NCBI GenBank assembly: GCA_013316045.1
Contig: WSNJ01000002.1
Coordinates: forward strand, 743 to 64,742
Reading direction: 5' to 3'
Source: Clostridia bacterium
Lineage (GTDB): Bacteria; Bacillota; Clostridia; Christensenellales; Pumilibacteraceae
Length of the DNA: 64,000 nt
Shown here: positions 16,564 to 25,782 of the stretch, piece by piece
How the letters are laid out: every line of letters starts with the position of its first letter
Position numbering within the stretch: position 1 is the stretch's first letter
Notes under the pieces: model-generated
Told to the model about the DNA's origin: nothing
The model's database searches: none
Seen by the model: only the letters and a program-made list of their open reading frames with translations
Program-made: the position numbers and the translations under genes

Positions 16564-17622
16564 ATGGAACTCAAAATCATCGAAACGACGAAGAAAAAGC
16601 AAAAACCTACGTCTACGCCTAAATTCGGCACCTGCTTTACGGATTATATGTTCGTAATGGAGTACGGAAACGGCGAGTGGAAGAACGCGCGCATTCAGCC
16701 TTACGCTCCTTTTTCGCTCGACCCGTCGACTTCGGTTTTCCACTACGGGCAGGAAGTTTTCGAAGGCTGCAAGGCGTTTAAGAACAAGAAAGGCGAAATA
16801 AGAATTTTCCGCCCGTGGGAAAATTTCAAGCGTATGAACGCTTCTTGTGCGCGCGTATGCATTCCGCAAATCGACGAAAAGTTTGTTCTTTCCGCGCTCG
16901 AAAAGCTCGTTATGCTCGAAAAAGATTGGATACCTACCGACGAAGGGACTGCGCTTTATATCCGCCCTGCGGTTATAGCAACAGACCCCGCGCTCGGCGT
17001 TCACGCGGCGCATAATTATATTTTCTTTATTATTCTCTGCCCCGTGGGAGCGTACTACGCGCACGGATTACAGCCCGTTAAACTCTTTGTGGAAAAAGAT
17101 TACGTTCGCGCTTGCAAGGGCGGAACGGGGCATCACAAGGTCGGCGGAAACTATGCCGCAAGCATTCTTTCGGGCGAGAGAGCGGCGCAAATGGGTTACG
17201 ACCAGGTTATGTGGCTCGACGGAAAAGAGAGAAAGTACGTCGAAGAAGTCGGCTCTATGAATATTTTCTTCTGCCTCGACGGCAAAGTCGTAACACCCGA
17301 ACTCGGCGGAAGCATATTGCCCGGAATTACGCGCAAAAGCGTTATAGAACTTTTGCGCAGCCGCGGAATCGAAGTCGAAGAACGCATTATCTCGATAGAC
17401 GAAATTGTCGAAAAGACGAAAAGCGGCGCGCTTACCGAAATTTTCGGCACGGGAACGGCGGCGGTTATTTCGCCCGTAGGTCATTTTATGTACGATAACG
17501 TCGAATACGAAGTAGGAAACGGCAAAATGGGCAAAATAGCTACCGAAGTGTACGACGAACTTACGGGAATACAGAACGGACGTCTGCCCGATAAATTCAA
17601 CTGGGTGGACAAACTCAATTAA
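16564..17622 (+). CDS. ilvE: branched-chain amino acid aminotransferase
   Basis: FHYGQEVFEGCKAF, YIRP, GGTG..KVGGNYAAS, EEVGSMNIF. Confidence 0.9.
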   Translation: MELKIIETTKKKQKPTSTPKFGTCFTDYMFVMEYGNGEWKNARIQPYAPFSLDPSTSVFHYGQEVFEGCKAFKNKKGEIRIFRPWENFKRMNASCARVCIPQIDEKFVLSALEKLVMLEKDWIPTDEGTALYIRPAVIATDPALGVHAAHNYIFFIILCPVGAYYAHGLQPVKLFVEKDYVRACKGGTGHHKVGGNYAASILSGERAAQMGYDQVMWLDGKERKYVEEVGSMNIFFCLDGKVVTPELGGSILPGITRKSVIELLRSRGIEVEERIISIDEIVEKTKSGALTEIFGTGTAAVISPVGHFMYDNVEYEVGNGKMGKIATEVYDELTGIQNGRLPDKFNWVDKLN

Positions 17623-17679
17623 CACTTAAATAACATTAGGCCGTTATGGTGCGACTATAACGGTTAATCGGAGAAAAAA

Positions 17680-18942
17680 ATGGATATAGAAACGAAATGC
17701 GTGCAAAGCGGTTATAAACCGAATAACGGCGACCCGAGAGTGTTGCCCATTGCTATGAGCACAACTTATCAATACGATTCGACAAAACACGTGGGCGATT
17801 TGTTCGACCTTAAAGCAAACGGATTCTTTTATACGCGCCTTGCAAATCCGACGGCGGCGGCAGTCGAAGAAAAGATTGCCGAGCTCGAAGGCGGTACGGC
17901 GGCAATGCTCACCGCTTCGGGTATGAGCGCGACTATGCTCGCCATACTTAACGTGGCGGGCGTCGGCGACCATATAGTTTCGGCGGGCGAGATTTACGGC
18001 GGTTCGACCAATCTGTTTTCGGTAACGCTCAAACGTATGGGCATAGATTTTACGTTTGTGAATATAAACGACGTAAAAGCGGTGCAGGCGGCGATAAAGC
18101 CGAATACGAAAGCAATATTCGGCGAAACTCTCGCAAATCCCGCGCTTAGCGTAATGGATATAGAGAGCGTTGCGGAAGTTGCGCATAAAAACGGAATTCC
18201 GCTTATTGTGGACAATACGTTCGCAACGCCCGTTATCTGCCGTCCGTTCGAGTACGGCGCGGATATAGTAGTTCATTCCACAAGCAAATATATGGACGGG
18301 CACGCCGTGGCGCTCGGCGGCGTAATCGTCGAAAACGGAAAATTCGACTGGAAAAAGAGCGGAAAGTTCGCGGGACTTACGACGCCCGACGAAAGCTATC
18401 ACGGCGTAGTTTACTGCGACGCTTTTGCTTCGTGTCCGTTCGTAACGAAAGCGCGCGTTCAGTTGTTGCGCGATATGGGACCGGCTCCGAGCGCAATGAA
18501 TGCGTTTTTGCTTAATCTGGGACTTGAAACGCTTCATCTGAGAATGCCGCGCCACAGCGAAAACGCGCAAAAGGTTGCGGAATTTCTTGCGGAACAGAAA
18601 AAAGTAAAAAGCGTAAAATACCCCGGGTTAAAGACCGACCCCGATTATAAGAGAGCGCAGAAGTATCTCGGCGGACAGTGCAGCGGCGTCGTGTCGTTTG
18701 AGCTGCCCGGCAGAGAAGAAGCCGTTAAGTTTATGGACAGCTTAAAACTTGCGAAAATAGTAGTTCACGTAGCCGATGCGCGCACGAGCGTTTTGCATCC
18801 CGCGTCGAGTACGCACCGCCAATTAACCGACGAGCAACTTGTTGCCGCGGGCATAACGGCGGGGACTATCCGTCTTAGCGTGGGCATAGAGAGCGTAAGC
18901 GATATAACGGAAGATTTAAGGCAGGCGTTGAAAGTAATTTAG
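17680..18942 (+). CDS. metY: O-acetylhomoserine aminocarboxypropyltransferase / cysteine synthase family (Cys/Met PLP enzyme)
   Basis: YTRLANPT, DNTFATP and STSKYMDGH (PLP lysine). Confidence 0.85.
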   Translation: MDIETKCVQSGYKPNNGDPRVLPIAMSTTYQYDSTKHVGDLFDLKANGFFYTRLANPTAAAVEEKIAELEGGTAAMLTASGMSATMLAILNVAGVGDHIVSAGEIYGGSTNLFSVTLKRMGIDFTFVNINDVKAVQAAIKPNTKAIFGETLANPALSVMDIESVAEVAHKNGIPLIVDNTFATPVICRPFEYGADIVVHSTSKYMDGHAVALGGVIVENGKFDWKKSGKFAGLTTPDESYHGVVYCDAFASCPFVTKARVQLLRDMGPAPSAMNAFLLNLGLETLHLRMPRHSENAQKVAEFLAEQKKVKSVKYPGLKTDPDYKRAQKYLGGQCSGVVSFELPGREEAVKFMDSLKLAKIVVHVADARTSVLHPASSTHRQLTDEQLVAAGITAGTIRLSVGIESVSDITEDLRQALKVI

Positions 18943-18943
18943 A

Positions 18944-20005
18944 ATGAAAGAAATTTTCGAAACTCTGAAACCGATTAAAGAAAGCACGGGACTCGATATA
19001 GATTTGTATTCGGGTACGGGCAGTCTTTTGTTTTCGACCGACGGCGAAAAGCCCGCATACAAGTACAAGCACCACGCGGCAAACGAATTTTCGGACGGAA
19101 TTATAAGCGATACGGACGCGGACGTTACCTATTTTTTGTGCAAGAGCGCGCCGCAGGGACTTATAGGCGTTATCGCGGGGTCGAACAACGTAAGCCGCAA
19201 CTATGCCGTTATGGTAAGTCAGCTTATCGAAAAAACGTTACTCGGCAGTAAAATAGCCGTAGACAAAGAAGAACGTTTCAGACTCCTGTTTCGCGGCGAA
19301 CTGAATAAATTACAGCTCGAATCGCTCAAAAGCGGCTACCGCGACGCGTCGTTCAATTATTACGTTCTTTCGCTCGTCGTCAAGCCGCAACAGAAAATGA
19401 GCGATATAATTTCGCTTTTGCAAACGGTTTCCGACAGCGACGACGTTATAACTCAGATGGACGACAACACGGTCGCCTATATAAAAAAGTGCGGCGGGGC
19501 GGACGAATACAGCTCGGCGAACGACTTTGCTTACGTATTGCACGAAAATATTATCGAGGAGCTCAGAGTAGACGTAAAAATAAGCGTCGGCGGCACGGTG
19601 CATAAGTTCGACGACCTTGTAAGCGCATACCGCAACAGTATGTTCGCGTATAACTTCGGTTCGATGCTCGACCCGAACAGCGGCGTTTATTCTTACAAAG
19701 AGTACGTTATGGTGAAAATGCTGTCCGACATTCCGAAAGACAGCTTGGCGGAATATTTCGATACGCTTTTGGACAAGTCGAGCATAGGCATTTTGAAAGA
19801 CGACGAGCTTATGAACACCGCCGACGTGTTTATGAAAAACTCGCTGAATATTTCCGAAACGAGCCGCAATATGTATATGCACCGCAATACGCTGATATAC
19901 AGGCTCGACAAGATAGAAAACGCAACGGGTTTGAATATTCGCCACTTTAACGACGCATTGACTTTCAGATTGATAACTATGCTTAGTAAGCTGGTAAAAA
20001 AATAG
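18944..20005 (+). CDS. PucR/CdaR-like transcriptional regulator
   Basis: C-terminal HTH SLNISETSRNMYMHRNTLIYRLDKIENATGLN. Confidence 0.7.
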   Translation: MKEIFETLKPIKESTGLDIDLYSGTGSLLFSTDGEKPAYKYKHHAANEFSDGIISDTDADVTYFLCKSAPQGLIGVIAGSNNVSRNYAVMVSQLIEKTLLGSKIAVDKEERFRLLFRGELNKLQLESLKSGYRDASFNYYVLSLVVKPQQKMSDIISLLQTVSDSDDVITQMDDNTVAYIKKCGGADEYSSANDFAYVLHENIIEELRVDVKISVGGTVHKFDDLVSAYRNSMFAYNFGSMLDPNSGVYSYKEYVMVKMLSDIPKDSLAEYFDTLLDKSSIGILKDDELMNTADVFMKNSLNISETSRNMYMHRNTLIYRLDKIENATGLNIRHFNDALTFRLITMLSKLVKK

Positions 20006-20053
20006 CCGCGCGGTTATTATTAACAAAGAAACATAAACAGGAGAAAAATGTAA

Positions 20054-21226
20054 ATGGACTACAAGAAAGAAGCTATAAAAAAGCACGCCGAGTGGAAAGG
20101 CAAAATAGAAGTTATTTCGCGCGCCGAGCTTAATAATCGGGACGATTTGTCCGTTGCTTACACGCCGGGAGTTGCCGAGCCTTGCTTGGAAATACAGAAG
20201 AACCCCGATTTGTCGTATACATATACGCGCAGAGCGAATATGGTAGCCGTAATCACCGACGGAAGCGCGGTTTTGGGACTCGGAAACATAGGCGCGCTCG
20301 CGGGTATGCCCGTTATGGAAGGCAAATGCGTGCTGTTCAAAAAATTCGGCGACGTAGACGCTTTTCCTATCTGCGTAAAGTCGCAGGACGTGGACGAGAT
20401 AGTAAAAACAGTCGAAAATATCGCGGGCTCTTTCGGCGGAATCAACTTGGAGGATATTTCCGCGCCGCGTTGTTTTGAAATCGAAAAGCGTCTTAAAGAA
20501 AGCCTTGATATTCCGGTGTTCCACGACGACCAGCACGGAACGGCGATAGTAACGCTCGCGGGGCTTATCAACGCTATGAAGATAGTCGGAAAAGATATGA
20601 AAGATATAAAGGTCTGCGTATCGGGTCCGGGCGCGGCAGGTACGGCGATAACCAAACTTTTAATCGCGCGCGGCATAGGCGACTGCATAATGTGCGACCG
20701 CAGCGGCATTCTTTACCGCGGCAGAGATAATATGAATTCCGCAAAACAGGAATTGGCTTCATTGACGAATAAAAACAATATAAAGGGCGGACTTAAAGAA
20801 GCGATAAAGGGCGCGGACGTGTTTATCGGCGTGTCGGGACCCAATATAGTTTCGGGCGAAATGATTAAGTCTATGAACAAAGACGCGGTAGTATTCGCTA
20901 TGAGCAACCCCGTTCCCGAGATTTACCCCGAAGAAGCGCTTAAATTCGGCGCAAAGGTAGTAGGGTCGGGCAGGAGCGATTTCCCGAATCAGATAAATAA
21001 CGTTCTCGCATTTCCCGGAGTATTCCGAGGCGCGCTCGATTGCCGGGCAAGCGCGATAAACGACAATATGAAAATAGCCGCCGCCGAAGCGTTGGCGGAA
21101 CTCGTTTCTCCGAGCGAGCTTGCGCCCGACTACGTTATACCCAAAGCTCTCGACCCGCGCGTCGCAAGCGCCGTCGCCGAGCGCGTAAAAAAGCAAGCCA
21201 TAAAGGACGGCTTAAACAGAATATAA
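20054..21226 (+). CDS. NAD(P)-dependent malic enzyme
   Basis: YTPGVAEPC, VITDGSAVLGLGNIG, MEGKCVLFK, GINLEDI, FHDDQHGTA, SGPGAAG. Confidence 0.9.
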   Translation: MDYKKEAIKKHAEWKGKIEVISRAELNNRDDLSVAYTPGVAEPCLEIQKNPDLSYTYTRRANMVAVITDGSAVLGLGNIGALAGMPVMEGKCVLFKKFGDVDAFPICVKSQDVDEIVKTVENIAGSFGGINLEDISAPRCFEIEKRLKESLDIPVFHDDQHGTAIVTLAGLINAMKIVGKDMKDIKVCVSGPGAAGTAITKLLIARGIGDCIMCDRSGILYRGRDNMNSAKQELASLTNKNNIKGGLKEAIKGADVFIGVSGPNIVSGEMIKSMNKDAVVFAMSNPVPEIYPEEALKFGAKVVGSGRSDFPNQINNVLAFPGVFRGALDCRASAINDNMKIAAAEALAELVSPSELAPDYVIPKALDPRVASAVAERVKKQAIKDGLNRI

Positions 21227-21253
21227 ATATGCGTGTAAGAAACTCACGTAACA

Positions 21254-21288
21254 AAAATCTCCCGAGCAGACGGTTCGGGAGATTTTTT
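21254..21288. terminator. bidirectional intrinsic terminator
   Basis: AAAATCTCCCGA (21254-21265) pairs with TCGGGAGATTTT (21275-21286), between convergent genes. Confidence 0.8.
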
Positions 21289-21297
21289 ATATAAAAT

Positions 21298-21633
21298 TTA
21301 AGAATTCAGCCTTTTTACCATAATTCCCAATATGTCGTTGGGTACTATATCTTTTATCGGTTTAAGACCTTTCGGGCGGGGCTGAGCGCGGTTTTTGTTT
21401 GCGAGCGAAAGCATATTCATTATGCTTGCCGTTTTATCTCCGCCGCCGTTTGCTCCCATAAGCGAGCTTAAAAGCGCCGCATTGCCGTCGTTTGCAAAAC
21501 CTGCGTTTTCGCCGTTTGTCTGCGCGCTTTGTCCGCCGTTCATTGCGGACAAAATCGACGCAATGCGGTTATCTCCGCCGCCGTTTGCGCTTCCGGAATT
21601 CATAATAAGCGGTAAAATCGTACTTAAATCCAT
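21298..21633 (-). CDS. hypothetical Gly/Asn-rich repeat protein (111 aa)
   Basis: Internal repeats L..(I/L)M.(G/S)..NGGGD occur at least 3 times. Basic C-terminus. No signal peptide. Confidence 0.5.
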   Translation of the reverse strand: MDLSTILPLIMNSGSANGGGDNRIASILSAMNGGQSAQTNGENAGFANDGNAALLSSLMGANGGGDKTASIMNMLSLANKNRAQPRPKGLKPIKDIVPNDILGIMVKRLNS

Positions 21634-21856
21634 AAAAAATCTCCGAGTTGGTTCACTATTATATATATGACGGCATATAAATAATAGTACCTTGAAAACA
21701 TATACGTCGGCTTAGGACTACGTGGTAATTTATGCGAAACAAACTCCCGTCGGCGGCAAAACGCCTGTTGTCCGTCTGAGCTGTGCCTATGATTTCAAGG
21801 GGCAAGATACGGCAGTGCGTTCCGTTTATTTTACTTAAAGGAGATTACGTAACAAT

Positions 21857-22129
21857 ATGAAGCAACTCAGAAATTTTAAATGCGGCGACGGTGAATTCGA
21901 CCCGAATCAAGACCCCGATTTCAGCGCGGCAATGAAAAAATACGGCGGTATGGGCGAAGACGAGCTTATAAATCAGCTTTTGATTTCGGTAAGAAATTCA
22001 CGTGCGAACGGCACGTACGACCCGTCGCAGATGCAGGGCTACGTAGAAATGTTAAAGCCGCACATTACCGAAGCGCAGTACGAGAAACTCAAAAATATCG
22101 TAAATATCATTAACGGCGAAAATGTGTGA
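21857..22129 (+). CDS. hypothetical protein (90 aa)
   Basis: SD AAGGAG lies upstream. It overlaps the protease gene by 8 nt (ATGTGTGA). No recognised motif. Confidence 0.5.
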   Translation: MKQLRNFKCGDGEFDPNQDPDFSAAMKKYGGMGEDELINQLLISVRNSRANGTYDPSQMQGYVEMLKPHITEAQYEKLKNIVNIINGENV

Positions 22130-23240
22130 ACTCGACCCTTATGTAAGGCTTTCGGCGCTCGATAACGGCGAAACAAAGTGCGTTATATTCGTGGACAGCG
22201 TAGAGCGCGCGAGAAAAGAGCTTTCCAAATTTTCATCGAGCATTTTATATTCGTTCCCGTTTATTTCGGGGTTCGGCGCGGTTGTAAACGTTTATACGCT
22301 CGACGACCTTAGCCGTCAGCCGTGCGTAAAAGCGATTTCGTCGCATACGACGGTTACGACTTGCGCGTTTCCCGCTACCGAAAACACGGGCGCGGAAGAA
22401 TTGTTTTCGCGCGGTTACTACGGCGGAAATATAAGCGTGGCCGTTATAGATACGGGCGTAAGACCGCATCTCGATTTTATGATACCGCGTAAGCGGGTTG
22501 AGTTCGCGGACTTTGTAAACGGCAAAGCCGAGCCTTATGACGACAACGGACACGGCACGGCGGTTGCGTCGATTCTCTGCGGCAACGGGCTTGTTTCGGG
22601 CGGCGTCTACCGCGGAATCGCGCCCAAAGCTAATCTTATATCGCTTAAAGCAATCGGCAAAAACGGCGAAGGCGGTGCGTTCTCCATTTTGGAAGCGATG
22701 CAATGGTGCTATACGAATTGCGAAAAATACAACATCAAAGTTATTTGTATGTCGTTCGGCTCCGACCCGGTGGAAGGAACCGACCCGCTTGCGGTCGGCG
22801 CGGAAGCTCTTTATAAGCGCGGTATTACGGTGGTTGCGAGCGCGGGCAACGACGGACCCGAAAGCGCGACAATCAAATCGCCCGGCATAAGTCCGTATAT
22901 AATAACGGTGGGCGGTGCGGAGTTCTCGGACGGCGAGATAAAAGTTCCCGATTTTTCGTCGCGCGGACCTGCGGGCGCATACGACAAACCCGATATAATA
23001 GCTCCGTCGGTCGATATAGCGTGTTGCGGAACGGATAAGCATTACATATCGCTTTCGGGCACGAGTATGGCTGCGCCGATAGTTGCAGGCGCGGCGGCTC
23101 TTATTTTATCCGCAAACCCCGAATTTACGCCCGACAGGGTAAAGGAATTATTGCTGAATAACGCCGCACCCGTAAACGCGGATATATACTCGGCGGGGCG
23201 CGGGCTTCTCGATTTGCGTTTTATAAACGAGAATTTATGA
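22122..23240 (+). CDS. S8 family serine peptidase (subtilisin-like), no signal peptide
   Basis: Catalytic triad contexts AVIDTGV (Asp), HGTAVAS (His), GTSMAAP (Ser). The N-terminal ~80 aa look like an I9-type propeptide. Confidence 0.85.
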   Translation: MCELDPYVRLSALDNGETKCVIFVDSVERARKELSKFSSSILYSFPFISGFGAVVNVYTLDDLSRQPCVKAISSHTTVTTCAFPATENTGAEELFSRGYYGGNISVAVIDTGVRPHLDFMIPRKRVEFADFVNGKAEPYDDNGHGTAVASILCGNGLVSGGVYRGIAPKANLISLKAIGKNGEGGAFSILEAMQWCYTNCEKYNIKVICMSFGSDPVEGTDPLAVGAEALYKRGITVVASAGNDGPESATIKSPGISPYIITVGGAEFSDGEIKVPDFSSRGPAGAYDKPDIIAPSVDIACCGTDKHYISLSGTSMAAPIVAGAAALILSANPEFTPDRVKELLLNNAAPVNADIYSAGRGLLDLRFINENL

Positions 23241-23311
23241 ATATATATCATAAGGTGGCGAAGAACGGTGCGTAGACGGGCAACAGGCGCAAGCGAGTTC
23301 TATACGTGCCG

Positions 23312-23563
23312 TTATACGCCGCCGACTCTCTGAATATATCCGCCGTCGATATAGAACAAACCTAAAAACGTGTCGTAAAGTCCGTACGAAAAAATCCGCC
23401 GCGCTTCGTCTATTGATTGCGTCGAAACCTGCACCGATAAACCGCATCCGACGGAAACGGCTCGCGGGGTAGACACGAGCTTGGAAAAGACGTTCTCTCT
23501 TTTAAGCATTTCGTAGAAGCGCATACTTTGGTTTCTCGAACGGAAAGAAAAAATATAGTACAT
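23312..23563 (-). CDS. DUF3343-like (putative Se/S carrier-like) protein
   Basis: MYYIFSFRSRNQSMRFYEMLKRE...STPRAVSVGCGLSV matches my recollection of the DUF3343 pattern. SD AAAGGTGA precedes the internal ATG, so the start was moved to 23563. Confidence 0.65.
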   Translation of the reverse strand: MYYIFSFRSRNQSMRFYEMLKRENVFSKLVSTPRAVSVGCGLSVQVSTQSIDEARRIFSYGLYDTFLGLFYIDGGYIQRVGGV

Positions 23564-23662
23564 TGCGTTCACCTTTTGTAAAAAATCGTTCACTTTTTAA
23601 GATAAATCGAAATACGATAATACTACATTATATTTGCAAATTTTATTCGGTGTGAGTTTTTT

Positions 23663-24799
23663 ATGATTTATTTGGATAATTCCGCAACAACGTTTTACAA
23701 GCCGCCGCAGGTTATAAACGCCGTTAAAAACGCCCTTGAATTTTTGTCGGCTAACCCCGGTCGCGGCGGTCATTCTATGTCTGCCAAGGCAGGACTTTTG
23801 GTACACAAAACGCGGGCGCACGCGGCGGAATATCTCGGCGTAAAAGACGATTCGCGCATAATATTTACAAGCGGCTGTACGCACGCTCTGAACCTTGCGA
23901 TTCTGGGAAGCGTGCGCGTAGGCGGACACGTTATAACTACCGTTTACGAACATAACAGCGTTTTGCGCCCGCTGTTCGAGTTACAGCGCGCGGGGAAAAT
24001 CAGCGTTACTACGCTTTGCCCCAACGGGTGCGGCGCGGTTAGTTTGGAACAGATAGAGCGCGCCGTAAGGGGCAATACGTACCTTATTGCTACTAATCAT
24101 ATATCCAACGTAACTGGCGCGGAAACCGACGTGAAAAGCATAGGGGAGTTCGCGCGGAAAAAGGGAATTTTATATCTTGTAGACGGCGCGCAGAGCGTGG
24201 GCTACGGCGGCGTATCGTTAAACGGGATATGCGCCGATATGATAGCCGTCGCGCCGCACAAGGGGCTTCACGCGCCCCAAGGAGTCGGTATTTTGGCGTT
24301 ATCGGACAGAGCGGAGCTTAATCCCGTGTTTTTCGGCGGCACGGGAACGGCGAGCGAAAGCGTATATCAGCCGCGTGAATTGCCCGAAAGTTTGGAGTCG
24401 GGAACGCTTCCTACGCCTGCGATTGCGGGGCTTAATTCCGCGCTGTTTTGGTCGGAGAAAAACCGCGAACAGATGAGCGAAAAAGTTTCGTATCTCGCCG
24501 AATACCTTACGGATAAGCTCGCGGGTATGCGCGGCGTTACGGTATATCCGAAAGGCAACGCAAGAAACGGAATTGTCGCGTTCAACGTAGACGCTCTTTC
24601 GTCGCAGGAAGTTTCGGACGTTCTAAGCGACCAATACGATATATGCACGCGCGGCGGACTTCATTGCGCTCCGCTCGTTCACAAGCATTTCGGCACGCTC
24701 GACAAGGGTATGGTGCGCGTTTCGTTCGGTTTTGAAAACACGTTTGCGGAAGCCGATTTTCTCGTTAAGGCAGTTTCCGAGATTTCGACGAGCGGCTGA
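23663..24799 (+). CDS. class V aminotransferase-fold cysteine desulfurase family protein
   Basis: IYLDNSATT, TSGCTHALN, and HKGLHAPQGVG carrying the PLP lysine. Confidence 0.85.
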   Translation: MIYLDNSATTFYKPPQVINAVKNALEFLSANPGRGGHSMSAKAGLLVHKTRAHAAEYLGVKDDSRIIFTSGCTHALNLAILGSVRVGGHVITTVYEHNSVLRPLFELQRAGKISVTTLCPNGCGAVSLEQIERAVRGNTYLIATNHISNVTGAETDVKSIGEFARKKGILYLVDGAQSVGYGGVSLNGICADMIAVAPHKGLHAPQGVGILALSDRAELNPVFFGGTGTASESVYQPRELPESLESGTLPTPAIAGLNSALFWSEKNREQMSEKVSYLAEYLTDKLAGMRGVTVYPKGNARNGIVAFNVDALSSQEVSDVLSDQYDICTRGGLHCAPLVHKHFGTLDKGMVRVSFGFENTFAEADFLVKAVSEISTSG

Positions 24800-24827
24800 A
24801 TTATTTTCGGTACGTTACGGCTTTGTC

Positions 24828-24856
24828 TTGACTTTTCGTCCGCCGTAATGTAGAAT
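24828..24856 (+). promoter_or_regulatory. sigma-70-like promoter placed for a leaderless mRNA
   Basis: TTGACT, 17 nt, TAGAAT, then only 7 nt (AAAGCCT, no SD) before ATG 24864. Confidence 0.5.
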
Positions 24857-24863
24857 AAAGCCT

Positions 24864-25751
24864 ATGAGGGCATATATTGAAAAATTCTTGCAGGAGCTCG
24901 ACTTTCCGACCGAATGCCGTCAAGCCGTTTTGAGCGGTTACGAGCAAATAAGAAGCGGAAAGTACGCCGCCGCGTTCGACGGATTTTTAGCCGAGTACAA
25001 AGCAAAAAAGGAGCTTGATTTTGCGGACTTTGCGGAAAGAGTCGAAAAAACTCTGTCGCCCGCATTTGCGAACCGCTATCTTGCGACGCTGATTTTATAT
25101 ATAGCGATGACGGAAACGGCGCGTAAATTTTATGCCGAAAAAAATATTTCGGAAGAAGTTTTTTTGCGTACCGCGGCGGATATACGCTATAAAGCGGTCG
25201 AATCCAAACTCGTAAAAGGCGATTGGGGCATTTTCTGCGCGAGTTGGTTCGGCGGCTTTTTCTCGCTGAAACTGTTTGCGTTCGGCAATTTGCAATTCAA
25301 GCTGATACCCGCTTATCGCGATTACACAGCCGAAAACGTAAAAATCAAAAAGGGAACGCCCGTTCTGGAAGTTCATATTCCGCGCACGGGCAAGCGGCTC
25401 GACCACGACAAAGTTACGGCGGCTTACGGGCAGGGAGCGGAGTTTTTCGGAAAATATTTCGCGCTCGATAAAGCCGTGTTCGTCTGCTCGTCCTGGCTCT
25501 TGTATCCGAAAAATCTCGGAATATTGAAACCCGATTCCAATATAGCTAAGTTTATTTCGGATTTTACGATAGTCGATACGGTTTACTACGAAGATTACGG
25601 CGACTTGTGGCGGCTTTTCGATAAGGACTATACGGGCGACCCCGACGCGTTGCCCGCCGATACTTCGTTCAGGCGCGGTTATATAGATTGGGTAAGGCGC
25701 GGCGAAAAAACAGGCTTCGGAGTAGGCGTTTTTATACCGCAAAAAGAATGA
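24864..25751 (+). CDS. hypothetical protein, possibly GNAT-like acyltransferase C-terminal domain family
   Basis: 295 aa with no classical motif. The assignment rests only on my recollection of proteins with this N-terminal helical plus C-terminal acyltransferase-like layout. Confidence 0.45.
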   Translation: MRAYIEKFLQELDFPTECRQAVLSGYEQIRSGKYAAAFDGFLAEYKAKKELDFADFAERVEKTLSPAFANRYLATLILYIAMTETARKFYAEKNISEEVFLRTAADIRYKAVESKLVKGDWGIFCASWFGGFFSLKLFAFGNLQFKLIPAYRDYTAENVKIKKGTPVLEVHIPRTGKRLDHDKVTAAYGQGAEFFGKYFALDKAVFVCSSWLLYPKNLGILKPDSNIAKFISDFTIVDTVYYEDYGDLWRLFDKDYTGDPDALPADTSFRRGYIDWVRRGEKTGFGVGVFIPQKE

Positions 25752-25776
25752 CAAAACGCGCATATTATGATATAAT
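25748..25776 (+). promoter_or_regulatory. extended -10 promoter placed for a leaderless nth mRNA
   Basis: ATGACA, 17 nt (ending TGa), TATAAT, then 6 nt (TTTTCT) before ATG 25783. Confidence 0.45.
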
Positions 25777-25782
25777 TTTTCT

